A stretch of DNA of 57,713 nucleotides from a virus (IMGVR_UViG_3300023184_003134:1-57713), one strand, 5' to 3'; counted from the stretch's first letter, positions 49,914 to 57,713 are shown. Numbers and translations: made by a program. The notes: a model not told the origin generated them from the letters alone.

Positions 49914-50439
49914 TACTTAAGTTTTGTTTTTCAACAAATAACATTAATGTTATTCTATTTCCTTTGGTTATCATATCAACTGAATGTGGTGATGACGATT
50001 CAAAAATATAAACTTTTCCAGTTTCAAAATTTATTATAGTTTCATTATTACTACTATATATTTTAAAATCACCACCTATAAAATCTTCTTTTGAATTTAA
50101 TTGAACTCCAATTGTATATATTCTTTCTGCACCATTTTTTATGTGGTCATCATGTTTTATAAAATAATCACCTTCTTTGTAATTTCTATATGCTGTAAAT
50201 ATATTATTGTTAATTATTTTTTTAATATTTGGTATGCCATTTACCCAATTGACTATTCTTTCCGCAAACCATATATTTTCATTGTTCCAAATTAAAGTAT
50301 TTGATAACATTTTACCTCCTATTTTAGTTTCTTTAGTATTATAATCAACAGATATTTCTCTATTGTGCCATTGATTTGCGTATGATATAATTTTATCACA
50401 TTCTTCTTTTGTGAATAAAATTTCTTCTTTTAATAACAT
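49882..50439 (-). CDS. 2OG-Fe(II) oxygenase (P4H-like)
   Basis: KHDD, GGDF, HSV...GNRITL. Confidence 0.88.
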   Translation of the reverse strand: MLLKEEILFTKEECDKIISYANQWHNREISVDYNTKETKIGGKMLSNTLIWNNENIWFAERIVNWVNGIPNIKKIINNNIFTAYRNYKEGDYFIKHDDHIKNGAERIYTIGVQLNSKEDFIGGDFKIYSSNNETIINFETGKVYIFESSSPHSVDMITKGNRITLMLFVEKQNLSNEIIKPKSII

Positions 50440-50444
50440 TTTTT

Positions 50445-50561
50445 CTAAATTAATTTATTAACTTTCGTATTAACCCTATATTTTTGCCCAACGGGAAAGT
50501 TTTTATTTTCTAAATCAGTTATGTCCAAATAATCTAATATTTTTTGAAATTCATTAATCAT
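50445..50561 (-). pseudogene. 38-aa ORF, probable 3' remnant of a sulfotransferase-like gene
   Basis: Hand-translated MINEFQKILDYLDITDLENKNFPVGQKYRVNTKVNKLI; fills the gap and carries the cluster C-terminal tag. Confidence 0.45.
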
Positions 50562-50562
50562 A

Positions 50563-51147
50563 TTATATTAATTTTTTTTCGTTTGTTATTGGGTTATTTT
50601 GTCTTTGTTTATGTTTTGGGTGTAAAATTTCATAATCCAAAGAAATTGATTTATCAATTAAACCCGTACCATAGTATATGTTTTCGTAGGTGTCAATTGG
50701 GACATTTAATAAATTTGATAATTTAATCATATATTCGTTTACCATTTTAATTTTAATCTCCAACTTGTCGGCAAGATTATCATATAAGTGATTGTGGTAA
50801 AGATATTTAGCTCTTTCATCCATTCCCGAATTTTGTACCGATAATGATTCTGCATTTTCTTTTGTGTTTTCTCTTATGATTAATATAACTTTATCAAATT
50901 GTTTACTAAAATCTACATAAAAATCAACACAATTTTGCAAATGCTCTTCTGTAACCGTTTCAGTTTTGAATTTATCGTCAATTTGACTTAATTGAGTTTT
51001 AAACACTATATTTTCAATTTCAAACTCAGTTATTCCCCTTCTAAATGGTTCATATATATAAGAAAGATTATTAGCAGCTGCTATCGATTTCATCAATGAA
51101 CTTGTTCCAGACCTTGGTATTCCAATTATTAAAAAATTATTTTTCAT
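50563..51147 (-). CDS. Sulfotransferase-like protein (P-loop, PAPS-binding)
   Basis: GIPRSGTSSL (5'-PSB), YEPF, R.N......S (3'-PB), TYENIY. ATG start at MKNNF. Confidence 0.8.
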   Translation of the reverse strand: MKNNFLIIGIPRSGTSSLMKSIAAANNLSYIYEPFRRGITEFEIENIVFKTQLSQIDDKFKTETVTEEHLQNCVDFYVDFSKQFDKVILIIRENTKENAESLSVQNSGMDERAKYLYHNHLYDNLADKLEIKIKMVNEYMIKLSNLLNVPIDTYENIYYGTGLIDKSISLDYEILHPKHKQRQNNPITNEKKLI

Positions 51148-51183
51148 AGTTTTTAAAATTAAGTGTGGTATATCCACATTTGT

Positions 51184-51750
51184 TTATATTAATGTTTTTT
51201 TAAAGTTTTCTATTGGTGTCAACCTAAACCAATTAACCAATGAATATCGTGTTCCTGTTGTTATGGGTTTTACTCTATGTGTTAAATGTGAATAAAATAT
51301 AAATAAATTACCCAATCCTTTTTCTAAAGTTATTTCATTATTATCTTTGTCTTTTATTTGTAATTCTCCACCGGTATACTCATCATTTAATTGTATTACC
51401 ATTGAGCAATACCTTTTAGAAAAAACTTCGTCCTCATTCCCACTATCCTCATGCCAATTATAATAACCGTCTTTTGTATATTCTGTAAATTGAAACATAT
51501 TATTTGTAAAATCAATAACGTATCCTTTCACATTCACCTCTTTTTTAAAAATATTAATTAATTTTTCATTTAAATTTGGAAAATTTAAACTATAATCATA
51601 GAAAAAAACATTTGATTTTCTACTTTTTAAATCCAACATGTTAGGTCCACCCACCCCTGCTGGCTTTAATTCTTTAGTTAATGAAAATTGTAATAAATCT
51701 TCACATTCTTTTTTTGATAGAAGATTTGGTATAGTAGTATAGTTTATCAT
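51184..51750 (-). CDS. 2OG-Fe(II) oxygenase (P4H/PKHD-like)
   Basis: RKS, YNWHED, YTGGEL, HRVKP...GTRYSLVNW. Confidence 0.92.
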   Translation of the reverse strand: MINYTTIPNLLSKKECEDLLQFSLTKELKPAGVGGPNMLDLKSRKSNVFFYDYSLNFPNLNEKLINIFKKEVNVKGYVIDFTNNMFQFTEYTKDGYYNWHEDSGNEDEVFSKRYCSMVIQLNDEYTGGELQIKDKDNNEITLEKGLGNLFIFYSHLTHRVKPITTGTRYSLVNWFRLTPIENFKKTLI

Positions 51751-51759
51751 TTATTAAAA

Positions 51760-52287
51760 TTATATTAAAGATTTTTTATTTATTGAAATTTCTTTCCAAT
51801 GTAAAAATAATTGAATAACAGATTCGTTGTCGGCACATATTAATTCATCTCTCCAATGTGTAATTTTATCCGAATTTATTATAAGTACACCATCTCCAAT
51901 ATTTGGTGTGTGTGAAATTTCAATATTGTTATATTCGGCATTAAGTGACCATCCTTGTTTAATGTTTGAAAATAAACAAATGCTTAATGTAATACCAATA
52001 TCGTCCCTATCTACGTGTTTTTTTAAAACTGAACCATTTTTATATTCTCTAACAAATGAATTAACATTTTTAATTTCTTTATTATGATTTAACTCAGTAA
52101 TAATTGGTTTTATAGTATTTAATAATTTATCAAATTCACCATAACCTCTGAAACCATACGTTGTTTTATAATTAAGTAATGTATCATATTTATCCGAATT
52201 TATTTTTATTTTTTGTAGTCTACGAAAATCAGAAACTAACAGTTCACAATCTTCAGCTGAAACTAAATTATTTAATAAATGTATCAT
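51760..52287 (-). CDS. 2OG-Fe(II) oxygenase (phage type)
   Basis: REY..GSVLKKHVDR, GDGV, HWRDEL, QLFLHW. Confidence 0.82.
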   Translation of the reverse strand: MIHLLNNLVSAEDCELLVSDFRRLQKIKINSDKYDTLLNYKTTYGFRGYGEFDKLLNTIKPIITELNHNKEIKNVNSFVREYKNGSVLKKHVDRDDIGITLSICLFSNIKQGWSLNAEYNNIEISHTPNIGDGVLIINSDKITHWRDELICADNESVIQLFLHWKEISINKKSLI

Positions 52288-52985
52288 ATGATATTATTTG
52301 ATTTGATAAATCTTTTTTCGAATAATTCCCAATACCAGTTCCTTAATTCATCATCTATTATAATTTTATTTTCTTGTTTTACGAAATTATTATGTAACAT
52401 ATTATTTGGATTTATATTTGATATGAGTATGTTTTCTTTATATTTTTTATAAAAAAATTCTTCAACTTTATATAATTCATTAATACTAAATTCATATGTA
52501 CATTTTTCATTGTTTTTCCAAAATTGTTGTGAAATCATTAAATTGGATATTAAACCAAAATTTGGCGCTGTTTTAGGTGCACCTTTATAATCTTTTACGA
52601 TTATAAAATTATTTTTTTCTGTTGTTTCATAATAATGCATATTATTTACAAATGTTTTATCAAATGTTTTATACAAAAAATTATTATCAATATCTTTCCA
52701 ATTTATAATTGGTGTATATCCATCTTTATCGATTGATAACCAAATTGTTTGTAATGAACTAATCCATCGTTCCAATGGGTCTCTGGTTATACAAATTGTT
52801 TCTTTTTTTCCAAAATATTCATACAATTCATCAAGTTTAATATGTAAATGATTATATGGGTCTTTGTAATACTGCCTATGTTTTTCAATTTTTAAATTAG
52901 AATTTAATAATGCGTTTTCTATTGAACTACTTGCACATTTTGGAACCGATACCCATATCAAATCATTATTAATCAATAATCCCAT
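52284..52985 (-). CDS. Sulfotransferase family 2-like protein
   Basis: SVPKCASSSI and RDPLERWIS. Confidence 0.85.
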   Translation of the reverse strand: MGLLINNDLIWVSVPKCASSSIENALLNSNLKIEKHRQYYKDPYNHLHIKLDELYEYFGKKETICITRDPLERWISSLQTIWLSIDKDGYTPIINWKDIDNNFLYKTFDKTFVNNMHYYETTEKNNFIIVKDYKGAPKTAPNFGLISNLMISQQFWKNNEKCTYEFSINELYKVEEFFYKKYKENILISNINPNNMLHNNFVKQENKIIIDDELRNWYWELFEKRFIKSNNII

Positions 52986-53482
52986 TATAATAAACTTTTA
53001 TTTGTTTTTTGTTTTTTTTGTAAAAATGTATATAAACTAAATCTAACTCCGGATATCATAGGTTCAACTTTATGTAATGTTTTACTATGAATTTTAACAC
53101 TTAATCCTGTTTTTGGTGTTATTGAAAATTCTAAATCATTATCGTAATGAATTAATTTTCCACCTTCAAAATTTTCATTTAAATATGTAACAAAACTTAA
53201 ATCACCACTATCTTTATGTTTACTATTGTGTATCTGTCTATCTGGTTTTATTATGTTTATAGCAGTTTCAATTAATTCATATTCACCATTAGATGTTATT
53301 ATTTTATAGTATTCTTTTAATTTGTTGTCATCTACAAATATAGAATCAAACCACAAATTTTCTCCTAAATTATTTTTTTGATTATAGGTTGTACGCCACT
53401 TCCATTTTGTTTCGTCGTATATTAAATTGTTAATATACTTCAATTCTTCCTGTGTCAATAGATTTTGTAATATTTCTACCAT
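52985..53482 (-). CDS. 2OG-Fe(II) oxygenase (P4H-like)
   Basis: KHKD, YLNENFEGG, HKVEP...GVRFSL. Confidence 0.88.
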   Translation of the reverse strand: MVEILQNLLTQEELKYINNLIYDETKWKWRTTYNQKNNLGENLWFDSIFVDDNKLKEYYKIITSNGEYELIETAINIIKPDRQIHNSKHKDSGDLSFVTYLNENFEGGKLIHYDNDLEFSITPKTGLSVKIHSKTLHKVEPMISGVRFSLYTFLQKKQKTNKSLL

Positions 53483-54525
53483 TATATTAAAGTTTTATTA
53501 GTATTATCAATAAATTCATATAAGTTATGAAAAACATTTTGGTTTTTCCATATTTTATTAAAATTTATTTTAAACAATTCATGTTCCGGATGTTCCGTAT
53601 CCCATACTTGTTTTAATTTAAACTCCCCTTCTGAAAACGTCCCCCAATTAGTTATTTTACCAAAAAATACATTTACTCGTTTACCAAAAATGGAATACAT
53701 TAAATTATAAAACATTTCCATTTCGGTATAATTCGTATCTTGTACCACAAACGATGTTTTTATTGATGTTAATGTTTGTATTGTATTAATAAATTTTAAA
53801 TTACTTAGTAAATTTTCCCAATTACCACCTAATCTTGTTTTATTTTCATACGTATACTTTGTCCCCGCGTCAATACTTATTTCACAAGTGTGAACATATT
53901 TATGTACGTTTGGCATACTATTCCACATTTCTTTATTCCACATACTTGCGTTTGTGTGTAGGTGTATATTTTGTAATTTGGGATATTTTTCAGGGTTAAA
54001 GTTTCTTAAATAATTTCTAAAGCTAACCGAAACAAATGGGTCACCTGTACCCGTAATATATAAAGTTTTTACATTTTGTGAATAATATGTGTCAATTTCG
54101 TCTATTGTTTTTTCAATACGTTTTAATCCTTCACTACTTTCAACAATTAAATCTACTCTACAAGATGGACATTTGTAATTGCAAGTTCTATCAAAATTCA
54201 TTACCAAATAGTCAGGTGTATTATTATCTATAATTGGAGTTGTGTAGTGTGAATTTATTTTTAAATGTATTGGGCCTGATGGAATCCCATAGTTTACCAA
54301 TTTACTTAAATAGGGACAAAGTTCTTTATCACAATATTTAAATGAACCATCTATTATAGAATTTCTAATATCAATAATTGGTGCACTATTGTATATGTCC
54401 TTTAAAGGAATTTCACCAATCTCTATTTTATTGGGTAACCAAGATGGACAACAAACAAAACAAACATTATTATGTATTTCCAATGAATTAAATGGAACAC
54501 CACATATGTAATTTTTTAAATTCAT
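53482..54525 (-). CDS. Radical SAM protein with N-terminal SPASM/twitch-like Cys cluster
   Basis: ICGVPF...CFVCC...YCDKELCP; CNYKCPSC; GTGDP; HTNA; ISIDA. Confidence 0.9.
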   Translation of the reverse strand: MNLKNYICGVPFNSLEIHNNVCFVCCPSWLPNKIEIGEIPLKDIYNSAPIIDIRNSIIDGSFKYCDKELCPYLSKLVNYGIPSGPIHLKINSHYTTPIIDNNTPDYLVMNFDRTCNYKCPSCRVDLIVESSEGLKRIEKTIDEIDTYYSQNVKTLYITGTGDPFVSVSFRNYLRNFNPEKYPKLQNIHLHTNASMWNKEMWNSMPNVHKYVHTCEISIDAGTKYTYENKTRLGGNWENLLSNLKFINTIQTLTSIKTSFVVQDTNYTEMEMFYNLMYSIFGKRVNVFFGKITNWGTFSEGEFKLKQVWDTEHPEHELFKINFNKIWKNQNVFHNLYEFIDNTNKTLI

Positions 54526-54540
54526 AGTGTGTTATGTTAA

Positions 54541-54828
54541 TTATAACAATGATTTAATAGATTTAGATTTAAAAGTTTGATATGTGGTATCAACCTCTTC
54601 CCATTTTTTCAATGGACAATCGTTAAAATCATTTGAAAATATCTTTTTAGATATAGGACAACCACATTCACCACATACTACCCCTAATTTTAATTTATTT
54701 GTTAATACTTTTCTAGACGGACAAGATTCACAAATTTCATTTCGTTTTTCTGCGAGTAATTTTTGTGATGGATTGGGGTTATGCGCAATAATCCAGGCAC
54801 TATAAATCTTTTTAAAATTTAAATCCAT
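54541..54828 (-). CDS. Small Cys-rich metal-binding protein
   Basis: R..ICESCP...CGECGCP...K......CPLKKW. Confidence 0.75.
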   Translation of the reverse strand: MDLNFKKIYSAWIIAHNPNPSQKLLAEKRNEICESCPSRKVLTNKLKLGVVCGECGCPISKKIFSNDFNDCPLKKWEEVDTTYQTFKSKSIKSLL

Positions 54829-54846
54829 ATAACTTATTTTTTATAA

Positions 54847-54924
54847 TTAAGAATTTGCGGCGATAATCAATGCTCCTATTTGTGTCATTGTAGTATCAAT
54901 TGTTTGTTTTTCTATTAATGTCAT
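54847..54924 (-). CDS. 25-aa small ORF
   Basis: Hand-translated MTLIEKQTIDTTMTQIGALIIAANS; fills the gap between two cluster genes with about 20-nt AT-rich spacers. Confidence 0.55.
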   Translation of the reverse strand: MTLIEKQTIDTTMTQIGALIIAANS

Positions 54925-54944
54925 TATATATTATTTTTTAACTT

Positions 54945-56477
54945 TTATTTAGGGGTATATGGAGTACAACCTGGTCTACAAATACAAAGGGGTCTACCTG
55001 CACAAGCTAAGGTAGTATTACCCGGCCCGTCACAATATAATCCTTTTGGACAGGTGGACTGTTCACATGGACCGGTGTTAGAACTACAACCCACGTTGTG
55101 TTCAATTGTTACAAATGATGTATTGTTGGATGTTTGTGTTAAGAACATATGTGCCCTTTCAACACTAATAACCCATCCATCAAATATTTGTTTTGTTGTT
55201 GTTATAGATGCAACTTCTTTAATTATTGGATTGAAATTACCATCCGTTGTGTCTAATAATATTATACTGTCACCAATTTGAATTGTATCTTCGTTGCCGG
55301 TTTCATGTGATAATGACACAAATTTAATGTTATCATTTCTCACAATTAAATAATTTGAAGTATTAGTATCTTCCCAAAAAGTATTATCGGTAAAATCAAT
55401 TCTAACATAATTAACAATTTGACTAACTTTTTGTTTATTAGTGACTGCGTTTGTTGAATATGTTGTACCAGTTAAAAATGTATTATATGATATACCAAAA
55501 TCAGCGATTTCCGATTCCATATCTACTTCATTTGGATTTGGAATGTCTATTGTTTTTATTATATCTCCAACTTGTAATTCTAATGCAGTTTTAAATGAAC
55601 CGTCCGCCATTTCTACTTTATCAGTATCTAACAATTTTGGCGCGACTAATGAGTATTCGTTGCTAATATATCTATTTTTAAATTCGGTATTCAATTCAAA
55701 TGTTATGGTATCATATGTTACATCACTATCTAATCTTCCAGTTGGTAAATATGTATAACCACCCAGAGAAATACTTTCTAAATTTGGAGGGAATAATAGA
55801 TTCATTCCTCTAAATATTTGAATATGGTCTTGATATAATTTATCTATATTCAAATGAAATTCCATTAGAAAATGACCATTGTCTATATTTGATAATATTG
55901 TATTTAATTCCGATTCATTTGATACTTTATAAAATTTAGGATAATTTGTTTTATCATATCCAGGATTAACCGCTTTTAAAATAAAGTTAGGATGAACACC
56001 ATTATCGTTTATAGATGTGATATGATTAACTAAATCACCATTACTATCTTTATATGCAAATTGTGAGGCAAATGTAGAATCTTTTATTAAATTTAAAAAA
56101 TTAACTTTATCTTTACAATATGTGTCATCCACCAATGCGGTAGTATCGTATGCACTTCTAATAATCAAAGTTTCATCGTTGTCCTCAACAAATGGAATTG
56201 TGATTGAAGATGCTCCGGTTTCGTGGTGTTCAAATGAAATGCCTAAAGTAGTGGTTAACGTTTTTAATTTTTTATTAAACTTTAAAACTGAGCCAATGTA
56301 CACTACTTTAGTAAAAGCTTTTTCAGTTATAAAATTAGAAAGTTCCGTAAAATCTAATGCTGTTTCATTATCTTCAACTGTTAGATTTACCCAACCTATA
56401 TTTGTGTTAAGTTCTATTGGTACTAAATTACCATCTTTATTGTATACGAAGTCCGACCCGATTAATACTGTTCTCAT
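54945..56477 (-). CDS. Circularly permuted ATP-grasp domain + Hint domain + C-terminal Cys-rich peptide
   Basis: GSDF....DG...IELNTN, FILKA, FLMEF (ATP-grasp); KVEMADGSFK...LQVGD, IQIGD, WVISVERAHMF, EHN (Hint); then 49 aa with 8 Cys. Confidence 0.8.
   Translation of the reverse strand: MRTVLIGSDFVYNKDGNLVPIELNTNIGWVNLTVEDNETALDFTELSNFITEKAFTKVVYIGSVLKFNKKLKTLTTTLGISFEHHETGASSITIPFVEDNDETLIIRSAYDTTALVDDTYCKDKVNFLNLIKDSTFASQFAYKDSNGDLVNHITSINDNGVHPNFILKAVNPGYDKTNYPKFYKVSNESELNTILSNIDNGHFLMEFHLNIDKLYQDHIQIFRGMNLLFPPNLESISLGGYTYLPTGRLDSDVTYDTITFELNTEFKNRYISNEYSLVAPKLLDTDKVEMADGSFKTALELQVGDIIKTIDIPNPNEVDMESEIADFGISYNTFLTGTTYSTNAVTNKQKVSQIVNYVRIDFTDNTFWEDTNTSNYLIVRNDNIKFVSLSHETGNEDTIQIGDSIILLDTTDGNFNPIIKEVASITTTKQIFDGWVISVERAHMFLTQTSNNTSFVTIEHNVGCSSNTGPCEQSTCPKGLYCDGPGNTTLACAGRPLCICRPGCTPYTPK
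55095..55637 (-). other. Hint (intein-like) domain, aa 281-461, predicted C-terminal cleavage only
   Basis: Block A position 1 is Lys, block B His is absent, block F His and terminal His-Asn are retained, and +1 is Val. Confidence 0.75.
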
Positions 56478-56494
56478 ATTATTTTGTTATTTCT

Positions 56495-56503
56495 TATAAA
56501 TAT
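56495..56503 (-). promoter_or_regulatory. Putative late promoter ATATTTATA heading the Hint/tailoring cluster
   Basis: Same motif and same 17-nt spacing as before the tail fibre gene. Confidence 0.6.
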
Positions 56504-56504
56504 A

Positions 56505-56897
56505 CTAACTTTGTAATTTAGTTGTTCTTTTAGTATATTTTCTTTTTGGTTTTGGTAATGGTGGATTATCAATAGATACGATTAAATCTCGTATTGCTCC
56601 ACATTGTTCGTATTGTTCTTTAGATACAAAGTAATCCATCATTTTATTTAGAAGGTCCTTATATTCACTCTTATCTATTGTAGCAAACATTTTACTATCG
56701 GTGAACTTAATGATAGCAACCTCTTCTAAATTTTCTTCAATCGCACCTTTTAATATTTGTAAAATCCAAGGGTATAACTTATCACCATTCATAGAGATAT
56801 AGTTTGAAACTGCCGGAGATGCATCTTCATCAAAATATTTTCTCCAATTGGTTTTTGCGTACATATTGGTAATTTTTAATAATTTGTTAATATCCAT
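56505..56897 (-). CDS. Hypothetical protein with UVR-like motif and basic tail
   Basis: EQYEQCGAIRD; KPKRKYTKR. Confidence 0.65.
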   Translation of the reverse strand: MDINKLLKITNMYAKTNWRKYFDEDASPAVSNYISMNGDKLYPWILQILKGAIEENLEEVAIIKFTDSKMFATIDKSEYKDLLNKMMDYFVSKEQYEQCGAIRDLIVSIDNPPLPKPKRKYTKRTTKLQS

Positions 56898-56909
56898 ATA
56901 ATATAAATA

Positions 56910-57590
56910 TTAAGAACGTTGAACATCTCTTAAATAATCATCTAAATTGGTTACTCTTTGTGATAAAGGTAAAACTACGTCGGTAGAAACAGGTACAAAA
57001 TCAGATGGTAATGTTTGATATGTTCCGCTAATTCTTACATTAGTTTCATCAAATAAAAATAATATTTGTTTGATAATATTTTCTTCATTTAATTGAGTAT
57101 CATCCATATTATTATAAAATTGTAAATCTAATGCAGTGACTCCGGCTAAACCTAATTTACTATTTAATGTTTGTGATGGTGTTGCTGTAACTTGAATTGA
57201 ACCACTTGTTGAACTCCCTATTAGTGTACCGGTATAGGTAATTGAATTGGCTGTAATCTCTGCCCCATATTTACTACCAATGTAATTAATAGTTTTAGAT
57301 AAATCCATTTCTATTGTAATTAAATCTTTTATAGTATAGTATGGATTGTTTTCTTTATATGCTGTAACTAATGTATCAAATAAATGTTGGGGAATATATG
57401 TATTACTCCCCAACTTTACTGCGAAATTAATAGATTGAGATGGACAATTGAATACTTTGTATGTTGCCGTATTAGGGTCAATCGTTTTTAGTTCTCTAAA
57501 GTTTTTATCAAATACTCCTTTAAATAAAATTGTATTAGGATTTACTCTACTATAAGAACCATAATCATTTGTTACTTCTCTACTAAACAT
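56910..57590 (-). CDS. Hypothetical protein
   Basis: 226-aa ATG ORF. Confidence 0.7.
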   Translation of the reverse strand: MFSREVTNDYGSYSRVNPNTILFKGVFDKNFRELKTIDPNTATYKVFNCPSQSINFAVKLGSNTYIPQHLFDTLVTAYKENNPYYTIKDLITIEMDLSKTINYIGSKYGAEITANSITYTGTLIGSSTSGSIQVTATPSQTLNSKLGLAGVTALDLQFYNNMDDTQLNEENIIKQILFLFDETNVRISGTYQTLPSDFVPVSTDVVLPLSQRVTNLDDYLRDVQRS

Positions 57591-57592
57591 TG

Positions 57593-57712
57593 TTATCTTC
57601 CTTGTCCTTTATAATCTTTTGGACGTGGACTGTGTTTGTTATATGATTTCTTTGCTGAACCTCTTTTACGAGAACCGAATGAAACCTTTGATGATGTTAA
57701 TGAACCTTTCTT
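57593..57712 (-). CDS. Small basic protein (5' end outside window)
   Basis: Hand-translated ...KKGSLTSSKVSFGSRKRGSAKKSYNKHSPRPKDYKGQGR. Confidence 0.7.
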   Translation of the reverse strand, partial: KKGSLTSSKVSFGSRKRGSAKKSYNKHSPRPKDYKGQGR

Positions 57713-57713
57713 T

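Noticed and set aside
55095-55637. Canonical splicing intein or mobile homing element
   Set aside because: No Cys/Ser at position 1, no C/S/T at +1, no block B His and no endonuclease; kept only as a cleavage-type Hint domain.
427-56499. All + strand ORFs and short nested - strand ORFs (21189-21371, 42036-42245) in the track
   Set aside because: They overlap well-supported minus-strand genes and show no recognisable motifs; treated as shadow ORFs.
14066-56910. T4-type TATAAATA promoters driving + strand transcription
   Set aside because: No credible + strand genes follow them; their position tracks minus-strand start codons.
1-57713. Stop-codon reassignment
   Set aside because: Long intact ORFs tile the window under the standard code, and TAA, TAG and TGA all end genes at sensible positions.
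1-57713. tRNA, rRNA or structured ncRNA genes
   Set aside because: Intergenic gaps are mostly very short and I saw no cloverleaf or T-loop motif; a covariance search was not possible.

Overview
Very AT-rich, gene-dense fragment of a large contractile-tailed (myovirus-type) dsDNA phage. All credible genes lie on the minus strand, and the + strand ORFs are shadows. TTTG-N19/20-TAnnTTTG promoters and a lack of obvious Shine-Dalgarno motifs point to a Bacteroidota host. Modules from left to right: (i) 1-9.3 kb, a glycan-modification block (radical SAM, three GT7 glycosyltransferases each with a LamG-like domain inserted into the catalytic fold, GT2-like, GT-B, methyltransferase, SGNH); (ii) a tail fibre with an S74 chaperone; (iii) an SbcD-SbcC fusion, primase and T7 endonuclease I-like resolvase; (iv) 19.7-36.5 kb, baseplate/tail genes; (v) carbamoyltransferase, sigma-like factor, def, iscA, ferredoxin, iscU, DNA methyltransferases, Hsp20 and an HD protein; (vi) 48.6-56.5 kb, the best candidate for an undescribed system. 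Its lead gene fuses a circularly permuted ATP-grasp domain, a cleavage-only Hint domain and a 49-aa 8-Cys peptide. It is followed by a radical SAM enzyme, five 2OG-Fe(II) oxygenases, two sulfotransferases and an SGNH protein. Ten consecutive ORFs in this block end in a similar K/N-[S/T/K/N]-[L/I]-[L/I]-COOH tag. All product calls come from motif recognition by eye; no database searches were run.
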